This document shows positions 36,890 through 49,089 of a stretch of DNA of 55,163 nt, piece after piece (positions within the stretch are counted from its first letter, which is position 1; every line of letters begins with the position of its first letter). The translations under genes were made by a program, and so were the position numbers. Source of the DNA: Octopus sinensis (lineage: Eukaryota). Where the stretch lies: contig NW_021833777.1 in NCBI RefSeq assembly GCF_006345805.1, positions 1 to 55,163 on the forward strand, read 5' to 3'. The notes beneath the pieces were generated by a model, which worked only from the letters and a program-made list of their open reading frames with translations, was not told the DNA's origin and searched no databases.

Positions 36890-37050
36890 ATAAATTGGCG
36901 ATGTCGGACTCGCAACCGTTGGCGATTCCCCCCGAGTTGGTAAGGAGCAAATTCTGAGCTGAGGCGGGGGCATACACTCTTCGCTGCCAATTTAGCAGTC
37001 AAGTGGAGGAAGTAGTTTCCAATTGGTATAGCCAAGATTAATTGATTTAA
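36890..37050 (-). mobile_element. CRE-clade RT fragment
   Basis: LAIPIGNYFLHLTAKLAAKSVCPRLSSEFAPYQLG, a degenerate version of RPIAVG.TLRRL.AK....L.P.QLGVG. Confidence 0.55.
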
Positions 37051-37358
37051 AATCATCTTTTTCAATAATCTGGTTATTATTGAATCCTTGCTCTCTCTAA
37101 AGGTGAGAATTACTGACATTCAAAACTGTTTTGTAATAAAAATAAAGTTTTTTTCATTAATTATTATTAATTATCTTAATTTTAAAATGGTAAACCTAAT
37201 ACCTAATAAATTAAGCCACGTGTGAGCACGCTGTCGATTTACTTTGTGGTGCTCTCTTAATTATTTGCTACGCATTATTTTTTTATCTTAATTGGATTCA
37301 GAAGGAATAATACAGATGTATTTTCTTTTAATGATTTAATTATTTGAAAGTTCATCAT

Positions 37359-37850
37359 TTTTGTGATATTTTTCGATTTTATTCCTTTAATCTCCTTTTT
37401 TTGACTTATTTATACTTTTTGTGATATTTTTCGATTTTATTCCTTTAATCTCCTTTTTTTACTTATTTATACTTTTTGTGATATTTTTCGAGTTTGTTTC
37501 TTTAATTTACTTTTTTACTTATTTCTATTTATATTTTTTGTGATATTTTTCGATTTTGTTCCTTTAATCTCCTTTTTTTACTTATTTATACTTTTTGTGA
37601 TATTTTTCGAGTTTGTTTCTTTAATTTACTTTTTTACTTATTTCTGTTTATATTTTTTGTGATATTTTTCGAGTTTGTTTCTTTAATTTACTTTTTTACT
37701 TATTTCTGTTTATATTTTTTGTGATATTTTTCGAGTTTGTTTCTTTAATTTACTTTTTTACTTATTTCTGTTTATATTTTTTGTGATATTTTTCGATTTT
37801 GTTCTTTTAATCTCCTTTTTTACTTATTTATACTTTTGTGATATTTGAAT
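37359..37850. repeat. AT-rich minisatellite with two unit types (about 58 and 62-64 bp), 8 units
   Basis: Each unit starts ttttgtgatatttttcga; order A A B A B B B A. Confidence 0.9.
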
Positions 37851-37859
37851 CTTATATAT

Positions 37860-38530
37860 TGTCACAGTCAAGACGTGAGCCACGCCGGGCGTGAGTCACT
37901 TTTCAAAAATTTATAGTACTTTTTTAATAATTTTCCCCTCTTCATTTTCTAAATCTAATGTGCCTCCGTCACGTCAACTACAAAAATTTCGGAATGATAC
38001 TTTTTTGGATTATGTCACATGCACAACGGGCTTTACGCTTTGAGCGCACATTATTGATTCGCTAATAAATAATGATTGATAACCATATGGGTGTATATAA
38101 TTATACAAAAGATCAGCACCAGATGAAAAAATTCTGCCAAAACTTTTATACTGAAATAATAAAATATAATATGAGGTTAAAATTAGCTTATAAATTTAAT
38201 ATTGTAATTATTTTTAATTTTATATCTATTATCTGTTTTTATGTCATTTAATAAATTTTACAAAAAACTCAAATACAAAAAGATGATTCGTTATGCTACT
38301 GGAACTTGAATTTTTATTAAGTTCCTACCTTTTTTACAAAAAGTTTCACACTGCGATATCGGTGTTTAACCCTCAAATTGAAACAAATTTTTAATAAAAA
38401 TTCAAAAAATTAATAATTTTCTTTTTAAGCCGATGAATTTGAATTTTATCTTTTGAGCCATCTTTTTTCTCAATCTCAGCATAGTTATTTGAAAAAATCT
38501 GAACAATTTTAACCGGAAATTAAAGGAACA
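37860..38530 (-). mobile_element. Right-end remnant of a Ginger/TDD-like element
   Basis: TGTCACAGTC terminus at 37860; integrase C-terminus-like VKIVQIFSNNYAEIEKDGSKDKIQIHRLKK at about 38390-38520; the other end was not found. Confidence 0.45.
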
Positions 38531-38534
38531 AATT

Positions 38535-39841
38535 ACTGGTCTTCTGCGCAAGATCTTCTCCCGGGCTTCAATTAAAGCACTTTAGAGAGGTTCAGCGCAT
38601 CGCACATTACCTCGATGGACCTTTCAGTATTGTAATTACTAAAAAGTTCACCGTATTTACCCACGAGGATGAACCCCATAGTATCGAGGGAAGCCTTGGT
38701 TTTGCCGTCATAGTTGGCTTTGATGTAGTCCCCTATGATTGGCGTTGACGAGTCTGTAATACTGTAGCCAGCTAGGCGTTGTTGCCATTGAGCTTGGGAG
38801 AGTCCTAAACAAAGTTTAGGCAAAGTTCTCAATGGGTTCTGGAAAGAATTCACTTCGTATGGAACCTTGTCCAAAAAGAAGTATCTTCCCAGAAAGGGCA
38901 AACTCCCGGGAGGGGAAGTCTCCAAACCCACAACTTTACCCAAAGCTTCGTTCATGAAAGACAAACGTCGCTCAGGCAACTTACTACAAAGTAGATCATC
39001 TCCATAGCATAGGCTATCCATGGACGATATCGGAAGATGAGGATTGTGCGTCAAGAAGGCTTCACTAAGCCAAAGATTAAAGTGATTCACCACCGTATTC
39101 ATATCAGTTGTAATGGGAGAGCCGGTTAGTCGTGCGTACTGATAGTTGAACTTTTGCTTCCGGCCGTCGCAATTGTTCAAGTACGTCGATTGGTTTACTT
39201 CGTTGCAAAGCAATCTAACGACTTCATCAGCATATTCAGGGAAGGCTAACGTATACAGGCGCTGCTCTAGGTAGGTTGTTAACCGTGGAATCCCATGCCG
39301 AATAATCATAAGACGTGAAGCCCTTAAGGATACATTCTTTCACACGAGAAGCAATTTTCTGCGGCCCAAGTCCAGGGCAGTAAAAACCATGTTTGGACAA
39401 CACCTCGTCCTTAAATCGATACGAGAAAGCAGATAGCCCCAAAGTTTGGCTAACATGCTATTGATTGATTTGACGAGGTGCTTTGGAGGGTTTTGCAGGC
39501 TCCAACTTGACAAAAGAGCGAATCGGTGTCAAGAAAGGTTTCCACATAGACCCTCCGTTCCTAAAATTGGAAATTCTGACCCGCTGGAGGGCCTTATTTT
39601 GCCGAGCAGCAACATCCTCGGGTTCAAAAGGGACCAAATGGCGCCCTTTAAGAAAATCCAAGAGTTGAGCTGCATAACTCTCAACAAAAGGGAGGTACAT
39701 TTCAAAATCATGAACGTCGACCACGCACATCGTGTTATTGTACGAAAGATGCGGGTGGTGTGTTAACGTATCGGCAAGCTGATGGTTGGTTATATTTGGA
39801 GAATTCTCGGTGAGCTTAGGCCCATATTCGCCGTAGGAAGG
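38535..39841 (-). pseudogene. Endogenous viral element: nodavirus-like RNA-dependent RNA polymerase
   Basis: Colinear noda-type RdRp: EDVAARQNKALQRVR, FVKLEPAKPSKAPRQI, LSAFSYRFKDEVLSKHGFYCPG, motif A DYSAWDSTV, motif B RLTGSPITTDMNT, motif C YGDDL, FLGRYF, PLRTLPKL, DSSTPIIGDY; one TAG (39458-39460), frameshifts near 39280 and 38580. Confidence 0.9.
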
Positions 39842-39889
39842 TTTTTTTTTTTTTAAAAGAAAATGAGAGAACAAGAATCCGAACTAATT

Positions 39890-40260
39890 AAGAAGAACAT
39901 TGTCTCCAGAAAACCCTTTCCATTGAAGATCCAACAGGGAATGTGCACAAGTCTGAGTCGTCGCCGTTCGTTATGTTCGGAAAGGGGAGTAGAACCGACT
40001 CCGTTACAACAGACATATGCATAGATCTGAAGGAAATCCTTAGATTAGGTGATTCTGGTGGCCAACGCAACACACGCGTGTAATTAAGAAGATCATTGTC
40101 TCCAGAAAACCTTTCCATTGAAGATCCAACAGGGAATGTGCACAAGTCTGAGTCGTCGCCGTTAAGTTCGGAAAGGGGAGTAGAACCGACTCCGTTACAA
40201 CAGACATATGCATACATCTGAAGGAAATCCTTAGATTAGGTGATTCTGGTGGCCAACGCA
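39890..40260. repeat. Tandem duplication, about 175-180 bp copies with 196-bp period
   Basis: Near-identical copies at about 39890-40068 and 40086-40260; one minus-strand frame reads WPPESPNL, resembling Tc1 WP.qSPDLNPIE. Confidence 0.85.
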
Positions 40261-40324
40261 TCACAGTAATAGAAACCAACGGGCGCAGCTTTATCCAAGA
40301 TATTTTACTTTACCAGTAGTCAAT

Positions 40325-40555
40325 TTAATTAATAGAAATGCACAACACAGGAAGGTTTTGGAGTTTCATCAACGTCTGGATGGAGCTTAATATCCAAACC
40401 AGAATAAGTTGGAATATTTGGTTTAACAGACCAGACCCGATTTTTTTCTCCGTCGAGCACTTATTTAAATAACTTCTGATAATTTGCGATATTGTGCCGA
40501 GCAATCTTTTGGTGATATCTTGTATTTCTCTGTCTGTTTTTCCAGATTTATACAT
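40325..40555 (-). mobile_element. Tc1-like transposase N-terminal HTH remnant
   Basis: KSGKTDREIQDITKRLLGTISQIIRSYLNKCSTEKKIGSG resembles the Tc1 paired-like HTH ending in (R/G)SGRP. Confidence 0.55.
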
Positions 40556-42259
40556 GCTAATTATTCTCCCTTTTTCTTCAGATGTTCAATGACTAGCCAT
40601 GTAGAGAGATTACAAATTTGATTTATTTTACGAGTCCAATATCGGTATCGCCGCAGATATCAATGCAGTTTAATCTTAGCATCACAAATGAGTTTATCTG
40701 GAAAAGCCAAAGTGTCTCCCTTCTCTCTAAACTGTGTTTCAAAATCTTTGCTTTTCCACCGGCAATATCACTCGTCTAGAAAATGATATTTCGAATTAGA
40801 ATTAGTTCACAATGATAAAATAAATATAGTACCTCTAATGTTAACTTTTTGTTAAATTTAGTGACATTAATAATTGATTTTTAAAAAATAATGTAGGTTA
40901 TTTTTAGATTACCATTACATTCGATTCAAAGATGACACTGCTCCTTAAACGTCCCTATACCTCTACCCAAATTCCATTCTTTGAATAAATCTAATAACTA
41001 ACTTTTTAAAGCACCAGTACCCGTTATTCTATTTTGACATGAACAACCTCGTGCTGACATGAACCAACTTGTATAATTCTGCTCAAAATTTTTATCTTTC
41101 TCTCATTTGACCAAATAATATTATTTAAAATTGGCATATTTTAACCGTGCATGGCGTGATTCTTAATAAGCAGCCGAACTTTACGTGGACGACATTTATG
41201 AAATCCTTCTATTCTTGGGGCATTTGTAACGATCTGTGAGCATACTAGTGATCCCACCTCGCACAAGTAAGTAGAGAGTTGTTTAAGAGATAGTCTCGGA
41301 TTATTAGCACTTTTTTGTCTTATTTTGGTAGTTTTTAATAATTTCTATTTATTGATAATGTTTTATACTGTACTCTTCGGAATATGAACCCTTTAGAAAT
41401 TTTTCCGATTGATTTTCAAAACTAATCGGCACTTAATATTCCAGCTCTTGAAAATAAATGAAAACTTTTTCTATCAATTAAAATAATTTTGTAATTTTTT
41501 TGAAGGGAGAGAGGTGCGTGAAGTGTCATCCTCTGCTCACTTCGAAGGCTCTGGACTTAGAAAATTACTTACTTAATTAATTTCTTTTTATTAATAAACT
41601 TAATTTTTTAATGATCTATGATGTAAAAAAACTATGTGCACTTTTATCTTTTTGAAAAATAAATAAAAACAGTTATGACTAATTTGACCCAGTGTATTTT
41701 CTGCACGCCTACTCTTCAAGACTATTTATTTTTCCTCTGTTTTCATTAAAAAATTCTTAATTCTTCCATAAGTGCTTCTTTGTAATATTCGAGTGCCACT
41801 CCTATTTGTAATAAGCCTTTATTTCTTGACTTAGATGGAATATTATCAATGCTTTAATTCTTCGATGTCTTCATTTTCTTTTTTTCGTCTTTGTTTTTCA
41901 TGATTTGCATGTTTTCTCCTTTTTCAATACTGAGCAATAAAGTATCTAAAAAAATAGTACTTGCCGAACTGTTTCAATTTTCAGATTTATTTAATAATGG
42001 GGTCTGCCTGGTTTTCTACTTTTAACGAGCAAGTCTATATTTGGAAAAGCAACGTTACTTTCATCCAATATATTGTTGTTGATTAGGTCATTAACACGTG
42101 ATAGTTCGGAGAATTTGTCTGAATCAATTGAAGATTCCATATTGTAATTTTAATCCGCACCTCTCGTAATTTGATACTTTCTGCGTCGTAGCTTTTTTTA
42201 TATGATTTTAGCATATTAATTACTGTAAATCACTATAATTTATTTTAACTGCCGATTAG

Positions 42260-43320
42260 TTTTAATTTATTTTGCGAAAATTTTTAATTTATTTGAATTA
42301 AACGAAATCATCAAAAAAAACTAGCTATTATGAACTGGCTCGCAGGAGATTGAAAAGACATTCCCGCGTAAACAGCCAGCGAGATCCTCTGAGTAAGGAA
42401 TATAAATTCCCTCGGATCTCTGGAGCGGTGGGTGCACAGGCGGCCAAGTTTCTTAAGATGAGCAAGCGTCTTGCCCCAAAAACACAGAGTTTCGACGGCA
42501 ATTGCCCAAAAGCAAAATCGATCGACTAAATCCTCATATTTCGTTAGTTTGCGAATTTGGCCTTCTCGGCCGACGAACCGGGTCGACAAGCCGTAGCATT
42601 TAAGGCACCCTTGGCGAAAGAGTCGGAACAGGAGACGTCCCAAACGAGCTGTTTCCCGGATTCAAAAGCAAACAGCGTACAGCCGTCTGGACGTTTTTCA
42701 TCTTCAATAACAAGGCCCGTCGGTTCCAGAATACAAGGGAAACCAGCTCTTTCCAGAGCTTTCTGAATTAGGTTGTTGATTTCGGTGTGCCGAGGAAATC
42801 GGCCGGCGCTCATTCGACAAGACAAAGGATGTAGCCCAAAGGCGTCAACTTTATCCCCACAACGACATGGCTGAGGTCTGCAGACAGGGAGTCCAAGGCG
42901 ATTACAGATACCCAGACGAAGTGAATCCCTATCGAGGACAGTATCCAAAGCGGAGAAGGGAGAACATTCAGCCAGGAACCTGAGTATGGCTGACAAGCGG
43001 ATCGGAAACAAGCCAGTCTGTGTTGGTCGAGGAGTGGTCTCCAAGTCAGTTGAAGATCGACGGCAAAGAATTTGTCCCAGTCTCGCTGAGAAAAGACATC
43101 GGAAGGGACTTCAGAGAAATGCGTTTCAAAAAGCGAGGCCCGAATCAATATCAGAGTCCAACGATGATTCAGGTTTTTTTCCAGAATCTTTTGGACAAGA
43201 AGATATGATCCAGACGCCGAAGAAGGAAAGGCAGGAAGAGCCAAAAAAATATTGCGAAATATTGTAAATATGATTTCAATTATGTCTAGTATTGACACTA
43301 ATCAATACTTTACAATCTGA
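42260..43320 (-). mobile_element. CRE-clade non-LTR retrotransposon, 5'-truncated and frameshifted
   Basis: SQRDWD, SGSWLNVLP, RLGLPVCRPQPCRCG..HPLSCRMSAGRFPRH, KRPDGCTLFAFESGKQLVWDVSC, QRISLAV. Confidence 0.88.
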
Positions 43321-43334
43321 TTTATGCTCTAAAT

Positions 43335-46300
43335 CAGTGGTTCTCACCTGGGGTCCGCGAGATTTTTCTGAAACTTTATTTAAATGTTTCTATTTAAGAT
43401 AACAATTTTAAATTAATATATAATAGAATAAATCATAATTAATAATATCTCTTTTAGATATATTATAAATTAATATATATTAATATTCAATAAACTGAGG
43501 GGGCTAAATAAATTAATATATTTTAATTTCAATAATACTGAGGAGGCTAATTACGTTAAAACTGAATGTAACTTAATTATTTATAAAAATTTATTTTTTA
43601 GTAAAAGTTAATAAAATTTTTAAGCACGCTATTCATATGAATTCCTCGAATGTTATTAAGATACGCAAATATAATCCTGATTATATAAAATATGGGTTTA
43701 TTTGTATTGATAAAGATGGATTTGAAAGCCCAAAATGTGTTGTGTGCATGAAAATTTTGTCACACAATAGCATGAAACAACAACTCTTGTGAGACACTTG
43801 CGCACATGTCATCCCCATCTAATCCACAAAAAAATAAGGATTATTTTATTTCTTTGCGTAAAACGATGAAAAATCAAGTATTGACTCGTTTAATACAAAC
43901 TTTGCCTTCTGATAATTCCATGCTATTAGCATCTTACATGATTTCATTACGTATAGCGAAAGAAAAGAAACCTCATAATATTGCGAAAAACTGATTCTTC
44001 CTTGTTGTAGACATAGTACGTACTCTTATTGCCACTCATGCTGAAATATGATTTCGGAAATACCATTATCGATGTTCATCGACGAATTTCTGAAATGTCA
44101 GAAAATATTAAGTGTAGGTTATTGATATTATTATTATTTATTTTAACAGGTGGTAGAACAAATAAAAACTTCATGCCATCAAAATTTCGCTATACAAGTT
44201 GATGAATCCACCGATGTAGCGAACTGTGCTTAATTAATAATATTTGCTCGTTATGTTTATGACGGAGATTTTAAAGATGAATTTTTATTTTCCTATTCGC
44301 TTGAATCGACCACTAAAGGAGAAGATATTTTTCAAGCAATTTCTATGTTTTTTGACAGTGTTGGGTTATCTTGGAATAATGATGTTGTTGCACAACCGAT
44401 GGAGCTCCAGCAATGCTTGGCTTTCATTCTGGCTTAGAGGCCAAGTTAGACTTGCTAACCAGGAAACGAAAATATGCATTGTATGCTACATCGATATGCA
44501 CTTGCTGCAAAAACATTACCTTCAGATTTAAGATATGTTCTCGATGATGTCGTACATATCATAAATTACAGTGCACGACAAAAGTAACCGGACAAGCCGA
44601 AATTTCCATTATTTTAGCCAATTTTAATGCTTTTTTAAAAAAATAGCTTCTTATTAATTAAAATATTCATTAAATAATATATTTACTTTTTTAATTTCTT
44701 TTTTTTGAATAATCCATTAAATTTAAAGCACACTTATTAAATGTAGGTGACAAAAGTAACCGGACACTTTTCAGTTTTTCGCCAAAATTACATTTTTTTA
44801 ACCTTTTTTAGGGGTAAACACATGTCAGATTTTGTTAAAGGACAAATAATTGCCTTTAAAAATCAAGGAATGTCTATCAGACGCATTAGCACTCTTACTT
44901 GTACCAAAAAATCGACGATCCACGATTTTTTGAAAAAATACAAGAAAAATATGATAATTTCACGACTTCCAGTTTCTGGGAGAGCTTAGAATACTTTCTA
45001 AGATTGAAAACTGATGAGCTAACTGCTCATAGTGTAGAAAATCCATATGAAAGTTCAACGTTTTACGTTCCTTTGTACATGAAAAGTTTGGAAAAGACAT
45101 TTCCAAAAGGACAATAATGCTTTATTGAATGAAAATAATTATTTTGGGAGATTAACCATGAAAAGACCCTTTCTCTCCAAAAAAATGTTAAGGATAGATA
45201 AAACATATCTAAAAATTTTTTAATGATTTCGGACGCAGAATGGAAGAGAACAATTTCCTCAGACGAATCAATTTTTCAATTATCTATGAATAAAAAATCT
45301 CGAATAGTTTACCGAAAGAAAGGGGAATCCTTAAAGTAGTTGATTTGATATTTATTTAGATATATCTTGCCAACTGTAAAACATGGAAATGTAAAACAAT
45401 GGTTGGGGATGTATCTCATACAACGGAGTGGGGATGGGAATTAGTTTTTTTGATGGTACGTTAAACAGTGGACGATATGTGAATTTGTTGACGAATAACC
45501 TGATGGAATCTGCAGCAAAATGAATTTAACGGATTTCACATTACAACAGGACAATGCTCCCTGCCACAAAGCAAAAATTGTGACGGAATATTTCAACGAA
45601 AATCAAATCAAAGTTCTTTCATGGCCCGCCCAGTCACCTGATCTCAATCCCATTGAGCACGTCTGGGCATATATGAAAAGAAAAATAGATGAAAAAGCCC
45701 AGCATGTCACAATGACCTAAAAGAGGAAATTATCCAAATTTGGAGATCAATCCCGATAGAGTTCATACAAAAAATAATTTTATCAATGAAGGATAGAAGC
45801 TACGCAGTGTATAATGCCAAAGGAGGCAATTCTAGATACTAATTTTGATTATTTTTAACTGTCCGGTTTCTTTTGTCGCACCTCGTAATTATTTATGCTT
45901 AAATTTAATGTACAATTGAAAAAAAGATTAAATTAAAAATGAAAAAATTGTTTTTCGTGTAAATTAATGTACAAAGAGTGATTTATCTGAAAAAAAGTTA
46001 AAATGACTTAAAATAATGGAAATTTTGGCTTGTCCGGTTACTTTTGTCGTGCACTGTATATTAAAAAGAGTGCTTTAAATTCGCGCATTTTCAGACTTAT
46101 TTGCGAAGAATTTGAAAAGGATGGAAAGGCTTTGTTATTCCACACTGAGGTGAGATGGCTATCTCGGGGAAACATTCTTGCCAGAGTTTTTTCTTTGAGG
46201 AATGAATTATCTGAATATTTATTCGCGAAAACAATTCCAAATCATCGGAATTTATTTCGAAATTAATGGATAGTTCATGGCTATCTAAACTTGCTTACTT

Positions 46301-47113
46301 GAGAGATGTCTTCTCTCGTATAAATTCACTCAACAAATCGCTTCAGGGAAGACATGAAACAATAATTGATTTTGTGGATAAAATTAAGTTTGTTAACTGT
46401 TTCATATTAATATTAGTGCTTTTTTGATGAAGTTAACACTGTGGAAAGAAAAAGTAAAACTAAATAATTTTACTATTTTGAATCTTTTGAAGAACAATCT
46501 GTAAATATAGATGCATTTGAAATCAAAAAAAATAACCGAACTTATTTATGCACATTTAACATATCTTCAACAAGAAGTAAATAAATACTTTCCAGAATTG
46601 AACGAAATGATTTGAAATTCATTCGTACACCATTCAGTGTTGATCCACGTTTGGTCGATGAAAATATCGAAGAGGCTTTTGTTGACATGATCAATAATTC
46701 AAACGCAAAAGATTTGTATGAAAAACTTGCTTTATCAAGATTTTGGTGCGAAATGTGTGAGCATTATCCTTCCGTAAGCGCAAATGCATTAAATTTGTTG
46801 CTTATATTCCCGACAACATATTTATGCGAACATGGCTTCTCAGCACTTCTCAATATAAAAAATAATCATCGCGCAAGACTGAATATTGAAGATGACATCA
46901 GGGTTTGCTTGTCGACAACCGAGCCTCTTATTGAAAAAATTGCCTCGAAAAAACAATATCAACCTTCTCAATAATTTTCTCTATTGATTTAATAATAAAT
47001 TTTGTTTTAGATAAGTAAAATTTTTTTGACAAAAAACTTAATAAATAGGGGGTCCGCGAAATTTTTCATTTACTCACAAGGGGTCCGCGGACAAAAAAGG
47101 TTGAGAACCACTA
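43335..47113 (+). mobile_element. Buster-type hAT element (ZBED5/SCAND3-like transposase), decayed, with a nested Tc1
   Basis: TIRs CAGTGGTTCTCA / TGAGAACCACTA; exact 8-bp TSD CTCTAAAT; KYGFI..PKCVVC, VDESTDV, HTEVRWLSRG, FPTTYLCEHGFSALLNIK, KKQYQPS; host reads DDVVHIINYIKKSALNSRIF once the Tc1 is removed. Confidence 0.93.
44569..46056 (+). mobile_element. Tc1 element with IR/DR termini, frameshifted transposase
   Basis: TA TSD; TIR CAGTGCACGACAAAAGTAACCGGACAAGCC; internal repeats at 44749-44766 and 45860-45877; SDES, LPTVKHG, QQDNAPCH, WPAQSPDLNPIEHVW; 24-nt intron 45336-45359. Confidence 0.93.
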
Positions 47114-49089
47114 CTCTAAATGAATGCATCTTTTTTGCAGTGAAAATATATTGGAGAGGAGTGTCATCTTTGAATCGAATCTTAATGTTGGAACCAGATT
47201 TGATGGCATGCGCTTATTATAGTGTACCACTAAAATATATAACCATCAATTTAACTCCCTCCAATTTAATCGATCGGATTAAAGTGTTTTAAAAGAAGAG
47301 TCAAGCGTAACAAAAAAACGAAAAACGTGAAAGAATAAACGGTTAAATACGAATTCAATGTGTTTTGAATTGTTGTGAATTTTTGATATTTAGGAGTCTT
47401 GTTTTTTCTTTGCTTTTGCCAAGTGGCTAAAGCGGAGCCATTAAAGGTAAAGGTTTTAGCAAAGTCAGCGATCTTAACAAATTCAAAAGCATTCGCCATT
47501 TCGTATGAATCACGTTGTTGTTAGAAGTTTGTTGGGTTAGAATATTCTACTAACTATTCTTATATGTTCGAATAACGCTACAATTGATTTGATCAAAGTC
47601 GCAAATATAATTTGCGAATCTCCAACCGCCCCCATTTCACAGCACCATAATGAATCTTTATGAACTTCTATTTAAGAATGCAGAGGAGAATAAACGACTT
47701 TATTTATGATTGGGAGCGGAATCTTCTTTTAAGTCTTTATGGACACTCAATTGAATACTTGACACCGCGGAACTAAAAACTAATAATACTAAACCTGCTT
47801 TACTGGGTAACAGAAAATGCTTTGGTACACCTGCTCAACCTGGTATCCTGTTCAATCTCTCCTAGTTTCATTGTGGAGAGATTCGTTTGTAAAGAAATGC
47901 CTTTTCCGGTGGCAAAACTCACGATGCAGAACAAGACCAAAGCCCAATCTCTGGTAGAATTAGAAATGAAGATAGGTTTCAATAAAATTTCATTCAGAAG
48001 GTTTAAAAAACCAGAAGTCTAGTGCTTCAGATGTCAGAAATTTGGACATATTTCTAGATTTTAGCGGGTAACCACAGCAGATGGAGGATAAAACACCGTC
48101 CGGAATGGACGAATCGTCGTATAGGAAAAAATTAACTCTTCGAAAATTCAATAAAAAATCATTAATGATCCAAATTTTCTCTCATAATTTATACAAAATC
48201 TACCTGAAACATCTGAAATATCTTTTACATTCAAATCCTCAGATGATGGTGGATAAAAATCATCAGAACTCTCACAGGTTTGTGAAAAGTATCGCAGAAT
48301 ATCAATCTATAGTTTGTATTTTAAATGGAGAACGGTCTTAAATCGATAAGATCTACAAAGTATCGTTCTTTGGGAAGAAGCAATAATATGCGTTATTACG
48401 GATTTATTCGCAAGCAATCGTTTGACAGAAATTAATAAAATTGGCAATTATCTGAAATAAACACACGTAGATACCACAGAAGCCACATTGGTACGTCTGC
48501 ATCAAAAATAGTGAGTGTCTAAGTATTTTATAATAAATACAATAATAAATTTATATAAACGTTCTTTTGAATCTTTGTTAGTTCTATTCTTTGCAGTTAG
48601 AGTTTCGGATATTACATTTCGGTTTTTCCAGTAAATCTCGTTCGCGGTGCTCAAAAAAGAACTTAATTTAATTGAAGTTGGCATTATTTTATAAGATGGT
48701 TTAAACTAAGTTGAAGTGGGAAAAAATTCACAAATAAGATTTGCTTGTAAACGAACTATATTAACCAAAAGTAAAGGTTATTCAAATTGTCTTGTCATGG
48801 GATGGAGTTGTTTAAAAGTTATTTAAAAGTCATTAATAAGTTATCCATTAAATAAGGAACTAGGACATACACTCGGTTATGCTGAAGAGCACGCTTGAGA
48901 GTATGCTCATTGAACACAGACACGAATCCGTCCAGTTATCTGTACAATTATGAAAGACGTTACTGTTCTAAACCCTTAGCTGATGCCTTCTTTTTATTGA
49001 AGGCGAACCACCAGGAACCCCTCAATGCCATCCGATCGCTAACCTGACGAAAGACTTACTCCGCTTGCTCTTACAATTGAACCTATCTA

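Noticed and set aside
39458-39460. Programmed readthrough at the TAG in the viral RdRp
   Set aside because: It lies inside the conserved polymerase core, the same copy also has frameshifts, and nodavirus protein A is not known to use readthrough there; post-integration decay is simpler.
39888-40217. ELNGDDSDLC as a second viral GDD motif
   Set aside because: No motif A or B at suitable spacing, the segment is locally duplicated, and another frame gives a Tc1-like WPPESPNL next to a Tc1 HTH remnant.
47266-47499. VKIADFAKT as a protein-kinase DFG motif
   Set aside because: No HRD, VAIK or APE motifs in compatible frames nearby; too short to support a call.
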